A stretch of 34,985 bases of DNA, from IMG/VR virus record IMGVR_UViG_3300048670_000591, positions 1 to 34,985 of that record. One strand, written 5' to 3'. Each line of letters opens with the position of its first letter. The first letter of the stretch is position 1. Made by a program: the position numbers and the translations under genes. The notes under the pieces are model-generated. The model searched no databases and was not told the DNA's origin. It saw only the letters and a list, made by a program, of their open reading frames with translations. Below, one piece after another: positions 1-9,395 of this stretch. The DNA is from a virus (Duplodnaviria; Caudoviricetes).

Positions 1-1245
1 GAAAAGGAGTTGGAGCTGCAAAAATTAACGGCAGTGGATCAAGCGATTGCCAAGAAAGAGATTGGGCTTCGCAGGGAACAGGCAATACTCGCAAGCCAAT
101 TGCAATTGCAAATTGATTTTAGGAAAGAAAGGGAGGCAGTGCAAGAGGGGTTCGTGGCCATTCTGGCTGGTTACGACGAAGAGTTTGAATATCAGCAAAT
201 GTACTTGAATTTAATTAACCAAGGGATTCGGCCTTCTTTGGCGAAAGCGCGAGTGGAGGTTGAGAAAACTTTTAGGGCGCAAGAAAAATCTCTCGATACG
301 CTAATTGATCAAAATAAAGCAAATATAGCAGGACTAGAGGTTGATATTGCAAGGTTTAAGCTAAAGAAAGATTTATCTCCAATTGAAAAAGAGCAGCTCA
401 GGGACGCGGAAGCGAGGCTAGAAGCTGCCAAGAACGAATTGGCTGTAAGAACAGGATTGAAAGATATTGTTCCAGAGACTAAGGCTGCAGCAATGCAAAA
501 AGTAGAACAAGGGCTTGCCCCTAAAACAAGCGCGGAATACATGGGTGAGGGCTTGGAATCTGCCGAAGAAAGACTTGCAGAGCTTACCAACACTGGCTAT
601 CAAGTGGCGCAAGCTGCTAATGCCATTGGAGACGCATTTGGAGAAGCATTCAAAGGCGTTATCACCGGCAGCATGACTGCGCGAGAGGCTCTTGCGGGCT
701 TCTTCCAGGGTGTTGCAGATCACTTTGCCGACATGGTGGCGCAGATGATTGCCGAGTATTTAAAAATGGCGCTTATCAAGGGGATCATGAGCATCATTGG
801 AGGGGCTGCTGGCGCTCTAGGCGGTGGGCTTAGTAGCGGCTTCAACGCAGGCACGTCTTCTGCTATAGACACTGGAGCCACTGGATGGGCTAATTCGCTT
901 GCCACCCCATTAAAATTAGCTAACGGAGGCATTGCCCCTGGCGGCTTCACTGCATTTGCCAACGGAGGCGTCGTCACAGGCCCCACCCTGGGCCTCGTCG
1001 GTGAAGGGAAATACAACGAGGCAGTCATTCCTCTCCCAGACGGCAAGAGCGTCCCTGTGCAGCTCTCAGGGGGCGATGGCGGTAATCAAATTAATAGCAA
1101 CATCACCGTTAACGTAAGCAATGGCCAAGCGCAAAGCAATGCCACGGGCTCTAACTCTTCAGAATTAGGGCGTAAAATTGAAGGAGCAGTAAAACAAGTG
1201 ATTGTTGGTGAACTTCGTCCTGGCGGGCTTCTTGCTTCTCGCTAA
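1..1245 (+). CDS. Tail tape measure protein, C-terminal part (5' truncated by window)
   Basis: Frame is open from base 1; coiled-coil/Ala-Gly-rich; typical TMP C-terminal motifs FANGGVVTGPT..VGEG..EAVIPL and ELRPGGLL; lies directly upstream of gpM. Confidence 0.9.
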   Translation, partial: EKELELQKLTAVDQAIAKKEIGLRREQAILASQLQLQIDFRKEREAVQEGFVAILAGYDEEFEYQQMYLNLINQGIRPSLAKARVEVEKTFRAQEKSLDTLIDQNKANIAGLEVDIARFKLKKDLSPIEKEQLRDAEARLEAAKNELAVRTGLKDIVPETKAAAMQKVEQGLAPKTSAEYMGEGLESAEERLAELTNTGYQVAQAANAIGDAFGEAFKGVITGSMTAREALAGFFQGVADHFADMVAQMIAEYLKMALIKGIMSIIGGAAGALGGGLSSGFNAGTSSAIDTGATGWANSLATPLKLANGGIAPGGFTAFANGGVVTGPTLGLVGEGKYNEAVIPLPDGKSVPVQLSGGDGGNQINSNITVNVSNGQAQSNATGSNSSELGRKIEGAVKQVIVGELRPGGLLASR

Positions 1246-1251
1246 TTCCTT

Positions 1252-1605
1252 ATGACTCAGCCCACTTTTGCCATACCTTGTGAATACGGACTAACAGTCC
1301 AGCGCGGCTCGCGCATTGAAAAAGTGCAGTTTGGTGATGGTTATGAACAAACTCGCCCTGATGGTATTAACAATGACATTCGGCAGTATTCCATTGAGAC
1401 AGTGCCCATTGCTGATTCGACTGCCATTGCTCTTGACAGTCAACTAGCGGCGCTTAATGGAGACTTCTTCTACAGTCAATTCTTTATGGATGATGCAATG
1501 TATAAATATCGGCTAGAGCCAAATCAATGGCAATGGCGAACAGTGGGTCCAGACAGTAATATTTTTAGCTTCACCGTAAGGAGGATTTATGACAATAGAA
1601 GCTGA
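1252..1605 (+). CDS. Minor tail protein, lambda gpM-like (distal tail)
   Basis: VQFGDGYEQTRPDGIN motif; 117 aa; sits between TMP and gpL. Confidence 0.9.
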   Translation: MTQPTFAIPCEYGLTVQRGSRIEKVQFGDGYEQTRPDGINNDIRQYSIETVPIADSTAIALDSQLAALNGDFFYSQFFMDDAMYKYRLEPNQWQWRTVGPDSNIFSFTVRRIYDNRS

Positions 1606-2656
1606 TCTTCAACAAGGCTGGCATGATGCCATTGTTGAACTAATTGACCTAGATCTTTCTCCTATTACGAACGACCCTGCAGATATATTTTATTTCACGA
1701 ATCAGCTAAAGCCTAATGATACAAAAATTCAATGGAAAGGAAATATTTATGAGCCCATTCCTATTGCTGCAGCAGGCTACGAGAAAAGCACCACTGGACA
1801 AATTGCGCAGCCCACTTTGACAGTGGCCAATGTGCTTGGCACCTTCACGCAAGTTATCAATGAGCTTGACGATTTAGTGGGAGCCAAGGTAACTCGTCGG
1901 CGCACTCTTGGTAAATACTTGGACGGCGAACCTGGCGCTGATCCATTGCAGGAATTTCCCATTGATATTTTCTATATTGAGCGTAAAACGCAAGAGAATT
2001 CGATGGTTATCTCTTGGCAACTCTCCAGCGTGCTCGACCTTGAAGGCTTAAAGCTGCCGCGTAGAATTATTACGCAAAACTATTGTCAATGGCGATACAG
2101 GGGGAGTGAGTGTGGCTATGTGGGGCCTGCACTTTATGGAAATAATGATCGCTATATTGATACCGCTGGACTTTCTGCTTTTGGCGCTACCGTGATAAAT
2201 GCAGGCAAACTTGTTGAGCAAAGACAGCAAGAACAAATTGTTGCGTTAAATATTAGAAATGCTGCGATAAATACAAAAAACCAGCAATGTGAGACTTTTG
2301 TGCTTTTAGAGACAAGGTACAATTTGTATGGCAATTATGTTGGTCGCGGGACGGCCATTTGGGGCAATGTTTTTGTGGGGCTTAGTTCTACGTTTAGGCA
2401 GGGCAGGCAGAGGGCTCGTAGCTTTAACTACGGGCTCTATGAAATTGAGCGATGGGGAGTTAACGCCACTGCTTGTAGCATTGCCACTGCTGAATTAGCC
2501 ACCGCCGAAGCCAATTTAACTACTGCCGTCAATAATTTAGTGGCAGCGCAAAATGCTTTGGCAGCCGCAAATGCAGCACTTCCTCTTACAGACTCGCTGC
2601 GCCTTCTAGACGTTTGCGGTAAGCGCGTGAATAGCTGCAAGCTACGTTTTCCTTAA
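1589..2656 (+). CDS. Minor tail protein L (lambda gpL-like, Fe-S tail tip protein) with large insertion; homologous frame continues past the TAA to 2707
   Basis: DDLVGAKVTRRRTLGKYLD and LPRRIITQNYCQWRYRGSECGY...DVCGKRVNSCKLRF. After the TAA the same frame reads SSLPYGGFPGANTVRQ-TGA(2705-2707). Confidence 0.9.
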   Translation: MTIEADLQQGWHDAIVELIDLDLSPITNDPADIFYFTNQLKPNDTKIQWKGNIYEPIPIAAAGYEKSTTGQIAQPTLTVANVLGTFTQVINELDDLVGAKVTRRRTLGKYLDGEPGADPLQEFPIDIFYIERKTQENSMVISWQLSSVLDLEGLKLPRRIITQNYCQWRYRGSECGYVGPALYGNNDRYIDTAGLSAFGATVINAGKLVEQRQQEQIVALNIRNAAINTKNQQCETFVLLETRYNLYGNYVGRGTAIWGNVFVGLSSTFRQGRQRARSFNYGLYEIERWGVNATACSIATAELATAEANLTTAVNNLVAAQNALAAANAALPLTDSLRLLDVCGKRVNSCKLRFP

Positions 2657-2703
2657 TCGTCCCTGCCTTATGGTGGATTCCCTGGAGCCAACACGGTTCG
2701 CCA

Positions 2704-3414
2704 ATGACACCTTTCCCTCTCCTTGAGCCAATCATTCGCGCACATGCTTTTGAAAAGCCTACGGAGGAAGCCTGTGGGCTTATCGTCGATGGCAAATACA
2801 TTCCCTGTAAAAACCTGCACTCTTCGCCATCGTCTAATTTTGCCATTGCGGCAAAGGACTATGCGAAAGCAGAAAAGAAAGGAGCCATACAAGCAGTGGT
2901 GCATTCACACCCCGAAGGCTTTGGTGGTTTCAGCAAGCATGATATTATTAGCTGCAAACAAAGCAATGTGCCATGGTTGTTGTATTGCACGCAATCTAAT
3001 GAATGGCACTACGCCGATCCAACTGGCAATGCGCCTCTTATTGGTAGACCATGGGTGTATGGCATTTACGACTGCTATGGCATCTTGAAAGATTACTTTC
3101 ACCAGACTTTTGCCATTGAGCTTGACGACTTTCCCAGAGGTGAAGAAGGTGAATGGGAGAGCCCTGGATGGCGCATGTTTGAAAAGAATTTTGCAGAGCA
3201 AGGTTTTGTGCCAGTGGACAAGCCAGGAAAAGCAGGAGACTTTATTTTGATGCAGCTACAGGCCCCCTTTCCTAATCATGCAGCCGTATTGTCGAAGCCA
3301 GAGCAAAATGTGTTCTATCATCATTTAATGGGCAGGTTTTCTGAGGAAAATGTATATGGTGGATATTGGCAGAAATGCACAAGTCAAGTGCTGCGCCATA
3401 GGGAGCTGATGTGA
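2704..3414 (+). CDS. Tail tip assembly protein K (JAB/MPN + NlpC/P60)
   Basis: EEACGLI..HSHP....SKHD JAB motif; YDCYG Cys and NHAAV..YHH His residues of NlpC/P60. Confidence 0.92.
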   Translation: MTPFPLLEPIIRAHAFEKPTEEACGLIVDGKYIPCKNLHSSPSSNFAIAAKDYAKAEKKGAIQAVVHSHPEGFGGFSKHDIISCKQSNVPWLLYCTQSNEWHYADPTGNAPLIGRPWVYGIYDCYGILKDYFHQTFAIELDDFPRGEEGEWESPGWRMFEKNFAEQGFVPVDKPGKAGDFILMQLQAPFPNHAAVLSKPEQNVFYHHLMGRFSEENVYGGYWQKCTSQVLRHRELM

Positions 3415-4037
3415 TGGAAAGTCTCATTGAAGTAAAACTATTGGGAGAATTGGGGCGTCGCTTTGGGCGTTCGTATTCTTTTGTGGCATCGTCTCCCAAG
3501 GAAATTATTTCAGCGCTGTCCAACCAGATTGAAGGCTTTAAGGATTACTTGCGCCAAGCTCATGAAAATGGCATTGGCTTTCGTTTGGTCGATGGCGATG
3601 CGGAAGGCATGGCTTACGAAGAAGTGATGATGGGCTGTAAGCAATTGATCATTGCTCCTATTGTCACTGGAGGCGGTGCTGTTGGGCGCATTCTGCTAGG
3701 CGTAGCCTTGGTAGCGCTTGCTTTCGTTTCTTTTGGCGGCGCATTTGCTGGATTCGCTGCTGCAAATGCGGCGACTGGAGCGGCAGCAGGCTTTTCCATT
3801 GGAAGTGGCATCTTGTTTAACTTAGGCATTAGTTTGGTGCTTACAGGGGTGGCATCCTTGCTCACGCCGCCAGTAGAGCAGCCTCGTGAAACAGAACGTA
3901 AAGATAGCTTTCTCTTTGACCGTGCCACTGAACTGACCACGCAGGGACAGCCAGTGCCATTGCTTTATGGCAAATTCCTTGCTGCGTCGCCATTGATCAT
4001 TTCATCTGCTATTACCACTCAACAGGTGCCAGTCTGA
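3414..4037 (+). CDS. Tail assembly protein I (lambda gpI-like)
   Basis: VKLLGELGRRFGR N-terminus, Gly/Ala hydrophobic core, QGQPVPLLYG motif; TGATG coupling to gpK (GTG at 3411 is an alternative start). Confidence 0.9.
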   Translation: MESLIEVKLLGELGRRFGRSYSFVASSPKEIISALSNQIEGFKDYLRQAHENGIGFRLVDGDAEGMAYEEVMMGCKQLIIAPIVTGGGAVGRILLGVALVALAFVSFGGAFAGFAAANAATGAAAGFSIGSGILFNLGISLVLTGVASLLTPPVEQPRETERKDSFLFDRATELTTQGQPVPLLYGKFLAASPLIISSAITTQQVPV

Positions 4038-6133
4038 TGTCAGACGATCTCAAGAAGCTTATTGCTATACAGGGTGCCGGTGGCGGCGGTGGCGGCGGCG
4101 GTAAAAAGGGTGGCAAAAAGCCCGTCGAAGACCCAGAGTCTCTTCGCAGTAGATCAGACGCCGACATTGTTGCCGTGTTGTCAGAAGGCGAAATTCTTGG
4201 CTTTGAGCCTGGCGTTGATCCCCTCACTCGCCTGTATCTAGACGGCATTCCCATTAAGAACATTGATGGTAGTTTTAATTACACAATCACTAATTTTTAC
4301 ACTGGCTCTTCTTCGGCGGCCAATGGTAAAGGCGGGCTCATCCCTTCCATCAACGCCAGCATTCCAGGACTAATTCGTGGCAATGTAATTAGCCAAGTCA
4401 ATTCAGTGGCGCTTGATTATCGCGTGGGTACGCAAAATCAAGATCCTATGCCAGGTTTTGATAATATCAAGGCAGAGCAAAGTGTAAGCGTAAGAGTCAC
4501 GCAAGCGCAAGGAACTGTTTCTCGTACAACCATCGCCAGCAACTGGAACCGCCTTCGTTTGCGAGTGGGCGTCGGAGCCCTGTTCTTTATCAACAAGGAC
4601 ACGGGAGACGTTAAAGGTACAAGCGTAGAATTCAACGTAAAGATTCGCCCAGAAGGCGGCGGGCTTTTCGTCAATGAAAATAAAACAATTAGTGGCAAAA
4701 GTAGGGGGCCTGTAGATTTTGAATACGAATATGCGCTGCAAGGCACGGGTCCATGGGTGGTAAGCATTCAACGTTTGACAGGCGATCCTGCCACCACTTC
4801 TGTCACCGATGACTTCTACTACAAAGCGCTTGTTGGTTACATAGATTCATCATTTCGCTACCCCAATACTGCATTGCTTGGCTTGAAAATTGGTGCAGAA
4901 AGCTTTACAAGAGTGCCGTCTGTTGGGGCAGAACTGTTAGGTGTAAAGATTAAAGTGCCGACAAATTATGATCCATTTACGCGCACCTATCAAGGCATTT
5001 GGAACGGCACGTTCAAGACAGAATGGTCGAATAATCCTGCCTGGATTTTTTACGACCTGCTGACCAATACACGCTATGGGGCAGGAGAATTTATTGAAGA
5101 AGCACAAGTTGATAGATATAGCCTTTATTCCATAGCTCAATACTGTGACGAGCTAGTGCCAGACGGGAAAGGGGGACGAGAGCCTCGCATGACTTTCAAC
5201 GCCTACATCACGGACAGGGGCGAAGCTTATGAGGTGCTAAATAGCATGGCTGCTGCATTTCGTGGCATGCTTTACTTTAGTGAGGGCACCGTTGTCGGCA
5301 TACAAGATAAGCCTAAGCCCGTCAGCAAGATATTCTCACCTGCCAATGTTATTCAACAAGTAGACGACAGCGGAGAAGTAAGCGAGCCATGCTTTAGCTA
5401 TGAAGGTACGGCACGAAAGGCGCGTAAAACTGTAGCTCTTATTAGTTGGAATGATCCCGATGATTTGTATTCTTCCAAGATCGAATATGTGGAGGATCGA
5501 GATGGCATTGAGCGCTATGGCTACAGGGAAGCTGAAATACGTGCTTTTGGCACCACTTCACAGGGACAAGCGCAACGCATTGGAAGATGGCTGCTGCTGA
5601 CGGACCAGCTTGAATACGAAACAGTCACTTTCAAGGTGGCGACTGAAGGCTTCTTTATTCTTCCTGGCGAAATCGTTGGCGTTGCTGACCCAGCAAAAGG
5701 AGGCAAGCGTTTTGGGGGAAGAGTGACAGACGCTACTACCACTTCTATTTCCATTGACGCCCCCTTCACCATTGGAGCATTTTCTTATTTGCTTTATGTG
5801 ACGATGGAAGATGGCAGCATTTTGTCGCGTACTGTCACCAATGCTCCCGGCGAAACTTCTACGTTGACTATTTCCTCGCCATTGCCTTCTGTTCCACTGG
5901 TGAATTCACCTTGGATTTTGCAGGAAGGCAATGCAGGCGTCAGAAAGTTTAGAGTGATTTCAATGGTAGAGAGCGATGGCGTGGTAACTGTATTAGGCAC
6001 GTTGTACGACGAAGCCAAATTCATTCAAACTGATAGTGAAACAATCTTGGGCACACCCCGCATTAAAGTGGCATCAGTGCAAGCGCTGCCCACCGTAGAC
6101 GGCGCAAACATTGTCTTAGGGGTGCCTTCGTAA
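4037..6133 (+). CDS. Tail tip / host specificity protein J (lambda gpJ-like, C-terminally short)
   Basis: GAGGGG N-terminus, VLSEGEI.G, YPNTALLG, WSNNPAWIFYDLLTNTRYGAG, YCDELVPDGKGG.EPR, TSQGQAQRIGRWLL. Confidence 0.93.
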   Translation: MSDDLKKLIAIQGAGGGGGGGGKKGGKKPVEDPESLRSRSDADIVAVLSEGEILGFEPGVDPLTRLYLDGIPIKNIDGSFNYTITNFYTGSSSAANGKGGLIPSINASIPGLIRGNVISQVNSVALDYRVGTQNQDPMPGFDNIKAEQSVSVRVTQAQGTVSRTTIASNWNRLRLRVGVGALFFINKDTGDVKGTSVEFNVKIRPEGGGLFVNENKTISGKSRGPVDFEYEYALQGTGPWVVSIQRLTGDPATTSVTDDFYYKALVGYIDSSFRYPNTALLGLKIGAESFTRVPSVGAELLGVKIKVPTNYDPFTRTYQGIWNGTFKTEWSNNPAWIFYDLLTNTRYGAGEFIEEAQVDRYSLYSIAQYCDELVPDGKGGREPRMTFNAYITDRGEAYEVLNSMAAAFRGMLYFSEGTVVGIQDKPKPVSKIFSPANVIQQVDDSGEVSEPCFSYEGTARKARKTVALISWNDPDDLYSSKIEYVEDRDGIERYGYREAEIRAFGTTSQGQAQRIGRWLLLTDQLEYETVTFKVATEGFFILPGEIVGVADPAKGGKRFGGRVTDATTTSISIDAPFTIGAFSYLLYVTMEDGSILSRTVTNAPGETSTLTISSPLPSVPLVNSPWILQEGNAGVRKFRVISMVESDGVVTVLGTLYDEAKFIQTDSETILGTPRIKVASVQALPTVDGANIVLGVPS

Positions 6134-6531
6134 TGGCTCAATACGAAGTGGCATGGATATTCCCTAAATATTCGGGCTATTCCATTTTTAATGCAGGCAT
6201 CAATCCTGCCATTTGCTGGAATGGTGTTCAAAACAATCCGTTTATTTCAGCTTTTGAAGTGGATTTTTTGGATTTAGAGGACAATAGCTGGGTCAACATT
6301 GGCACTACCACTGCCAATTTCATTCGTTTTCCTTCTGATATTTACAACTCGCAGAGTGTTTATCAAATTAGAATTGCTACAATTGGCACTGACGGCAGAC
6401 GATCACCGTATGCTTATAGCCAAGCGACATTCTCAAGCCCACTAGTGTTTGATTTCACTGAGCCATTAACCATTAAACTAATCAATGGTACTGACGTGGC
6501 GAATCAACGCTATCTTTTCTTAGTTCTTTAA
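6133..6531 (+). CDS. Fibronectin type III-like tail protein
   Basis: FEVDF..W...YQIRIATIGTDGRRSPY resembles FN3 C-terminal strands; TAATG-coupled to gpJ. Confidence 0.6.
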   Translation: MAQYEVAWIFPKYSGYSIFNAGINPAICWNGVQNNPFISAFEVDFLDLEDNSWVNIGTTTANFIRFPSDIYNSQSVYQIRIATIGTDGRRSPYAYSQATFSSPLVFDFTEPLTIKLINGTDVANQRYLFLVL

Positions 6532-6532
6532 T

Positions 6533-6943
6533 ATGGCCAATCTTTACGGACTTGACGCTGCTGGCAATGCCGCTTATGTGAAGGCCACTGGAGCTGGCAC
6601 GAACGGCGATCCATTTGTTGTCAACCACGACCTTATTTCGTCTGAGATAAAGAGTGCCTTTGTCTCGGCAAGTGGCAACGTAGACGTGGTGGCTGCTGTA
6701 AGCGGCAGCAAGCTGCGTGTAACGGCTATGACCATTACTTCTCTGTCTGGCTGCACGGTGAAGCTACAGACGGGCGGCACAGCGGACAAGACGCCTCCGT
6801 TCCATTTAGGAGCTAATGGCAATTTGACGCAAGCCAGCCCTCTCGGCTTGTTTGAAAGTGTTGCGAGCGAAAAGATTAATGCAGTTGTTAGTGGTTCTAC
6901 TATTTACACCGTCATGCTTTCTTATCGCGAAGTTCTTACATGA
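6533..6943 (+). CDS. Hypothetical virion protein (beta-rich)
   Basis: 136-aa ORF in the structural operon; KATGAGTNGDPFV and VVAAVSGSKLRV motifs. Confidence 0.7.
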   Translation: MANLYGLDAAGNAAYVKATGAGTNGDPFVVNHDLISSEIKSAFVSASGNVDVVAAVSGSKLRVTAMTITSLSGCTVKLQTGGTADKTPPFHLGANGNLTQASPLGLFESVASEKINAVVSGSTIYTVMLSYREVLT

Positions 6944-7635
6944 GCGCTTTCCTTTCTACATCCACTTCAGCTCAAGTTGATCTACGCATTCTTCGTAGGG
7001 ACTTTTTTGATGGGTTTAGTTTGCTGCTGCAAAATGGGAATGGACTCCCCATTGACTTAACAGATACCACGGTTTGCGCTTCCATTCAAAAGGTTAGTGC
7101 GTCAGGTACTGTAGAACTGATCACTTCTCTGAACATCGAAAAGGAAGAGCCATTGTCGGCTGGCAGGATTCGCTTTTGGCTTTCTTCTGCTCAAACGGCT
7201 CAAGTGTGGGACGCCTATCAATCTTTCTTTGCAGGTTTCGCTAATACAGTATTTTTTCCTACTGCCTATACGGGACAGGCTGCAATTGGTTCATTGGCAT
7301 GGGATGTTCGCATTGAAAACCAAGAGCCTCTTGCCGACTTGATTTCCGTCAGCTCAGGTGTTTTTCTTACACAAGTTAATCATACTCTTGGATCTTCGGA
7401 GCGAGTTATTTTTAAAGATACAACTCAGTTTTCTATTAATTACAACGGCACTGCGTCTACAATTTACACGGGCCTCACGGGCATCACTTACGAACCCCCT
7501 TACTCTTTTGCCATTGCTTCTCTCTCTGGAGTGACAAACCCCGCGATTGGCGGAAGTGTTTATAGACTAAGGCAAGACACTGTTGTGACTGGCAGCGTTG
7601 CTGTTGGTTCCACCATTTCAAATTGTTTCCCTTAG
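6940..7635 (+). CDS. Putative virion adaptor protein (BppU-N-like pattern)
   Basis: PIDLTDTTVCASI..GRIRFWLSSAQT..WDVRI pattern; ATGA coupling. Confidence 0.6.
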   Translation: MSAFLSTSTSAQVDLRILRRDFFDGFSLLLQNGNGLPIDLTDTTVCASIQKVSASGTVELITSLNIEKEEPLSAGRIRFWLSSAQTAQVWDAYQSFFAGFANTVFFPTAYTGQAAIGSLAWDVRIENQEPLADLISVSSGVFLTQVNHTLGSSERVIFKDTTQFSINYNGTASTIYTGLTGITYEPPYSFAIASLSGVTNPAIGGSVYRLRQDTVVTGSVAVGSTISNCFP

Positions 7636-7641
7636 GGCATC

Positions 7642-9384
7642 ATGGCTGAATTACAAGAAGGCGTAGCAGTTGTAACAGTAGGGCGTACTGCCCCCATACC
7701 TCCTGGCCCGCAACTGGCAGAGAATAGCCTTCCTGTGGTTATTGCCAGTGATCAAGAAGCAGTACCTGTTGAGGTGCAGAACCAGCAAATTAGTGAAGTT
7801 AGCCTGAGCTTGCTTGGTATTCCTCGCGCTGAAGTGGCACTTGGCATCTTCGCTGACGTTACCACTTACGACATCAACCCTAATGAATGGCAAAGCCAAG
7901 GTGCCGGCACTACCACTCATATTCCCACTGAAAGTGCAGCAAAGGTAAGCCTTGGCACTTCTCTGACCAATAATTATCAAATTCTTAGTAGTAAGCGCTT
8001 TTTCCGCTACCAACCTGGTCGCGTTAGTGCTGCCACTTTTGGTGTGAGAGTTAATACTACAACAGACAAAACTGACGTTAAAAAGTTTGGTGCCTTTGAC
8101 AAGCGTGATGGTTATTACGTTGAAGTGCAGGGAGGCAGTCAAAGTTCCATCACTGACAAAGAAACCAATCTCTACTGTGTAAGGCGCACAAGCGCTATGG
8201 AGAGCAATGAGCCTGGCATCCGCACGCCTAACTCAGGCGATGGGGACAGGGGCACTGCAGGCGCTGATTTGGTGATCGTGAGAGCTGGCCTCACCTATAT
8301 CCACGCTGGCTTGTTCGACTTGAGTCTAAGAGGAGCTGGAAACAACATTGGAGGCAATGCTTCTTCCAATGGGGCCACTACTGTTTCTAGCTCGTTCTTT
8401 GCCGTACCTAACGAGTATCGCTACACCTACGAATATCGCGTGCCTCGTAAGTTCTTTAGCCATGATCGTCTTGATGGTGAAGTTCGCACTCAGTATTACT
8501 CAGACCGCACGCCTGGTCGCTCTAGCTTCACGGTGAGCATTGGCGGCACCGATTCTTCCCCCATTGTTACCTACGGCAACAGCACTGCTGTAAGGGACGA
8601 AAACAATAATATCGCCACTCGCCAAAGTGTTTGGGACATTGACCTATCAAAGGTGACAATGTTTAAGGCGGAATATAGCTGGTATGGAGCTGTTGGCGGA
8701 CACTTCTTGGCCTATGTGCCCGATGCAACCACTGCTGGCGAAGCGCGATGGGTGAGGATGCATCATATCAGGGCTTCTAACCAGCTCACTAGCCCAAGCC
8801 TTGCCAACCCTACGCTCCCATTGTCCTATTTGGTCCAGAAGGGAACCAGTGGAAATGAAAACTCCATTTATAAATATGGGGCGTCGTATTACATTGACGG
8901 TGGGGACAGGGGCACCATCACTGCTCGCTCACAAAGCAACAGTGCTGATCGTGTAGTGACGACAAGCGGCACCACGTTGCTGGCCCTACGAACCAAAAAT
9001 ACGATTAATTCCATTCGCAACCGCATGCAAGTGTATCCCACGCGACTGGGCATTGGCACTGATGCACGAGCAGTGGTAACAATTATTAAGAATCCAACAA
9101 CTGTTTCAGGCACACCTTCGTTTACTTCTGCTGATACACTTAGCCCCATTGAGTTTACAATTAGTAGCGGAATTACCACTGCCACTGGTGGTATTACTGT
9201 TGCTACTTTCTTTGTTGGCGCTGGTGGCGTAGATATTGATTTGGCTCCTTATTTTGGTTATAACAAGGACTACTTGTCCTACCCGTTGACGGCTGCTGCT
9301 GGTGACACTCTTTATGTGTTTGCTCGTTCATCCTCTGGCACTGCAAACATGAGCGCTTCCCTCACTTGGGAAGAGCAAGTGTGA
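7642..9384 (+). CDS. Virion structural protein, RYQPG family (paralog A)
   Basis: SLLGIPR, SKRFFRYQPGRV, DLSKVTMFK.EYSWYGAVG, YIDGGDRGT and terminal WEEQ are shared with the next gene. Confidence 0.8.
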   Translation: MAELQEGVAVVTVGRTAPIPPGPQLAENSLPVVIASDQEAVPVEVQNQQISEVSLSLLGIPRAEVALGIFADVTTYDINPNEWQSQGAGTTTHIPTESAAKVSLGTSLTNNYQILSSKRFFRYQPGRVSAATFGVRVNTTTDKTDVKKFGAFDKRDGYYVEVQGGSQSSITDKETNLYCVRRTSAMESNEPGIRTPNSGDGDRGTAGADLVIVRAGLTYIHAGLFDLSLRGAGNNIGGNASSNGATTVSSSFFAVPNEYRYTYEYRVPRKFFSHDRLDGEVRTQYYSDRTPGRSSFTVSIGGTDSSPIVTYGNSTAVRDENNNIATRQSVWDIDLSKVTMFKAEYSWYGAVGGHFLAYVPDATTAGEARWVRMHHIRASNQLTSPSLANPTLPLSYLVQKGTSGNENSIYKYGASYYIDGGDRGTITARSQSNSADRVVTTSGTTLLALRTKNTINSIRNRMQVYPTRLGIGTDARAVVTIIKNPTTVSGTPSFTSADTLSPIEFTISSGITTATGGITVATFFVGAGGVDIDLAPYFGYNKDYLSYPLTAAAGDTLYVFARSSSGTANMSASLTWEEQV

Positions 9385-9395
9385 GAGGAAAATAA

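Noticed and set aside
2114-2614. Intein or intron explaining the gpL insertion
   Set aside because: No C/S...HN-C/S/T splice junction motifs or homing nuclease motifs; the frame is open and the insert looks like a coiled coil.
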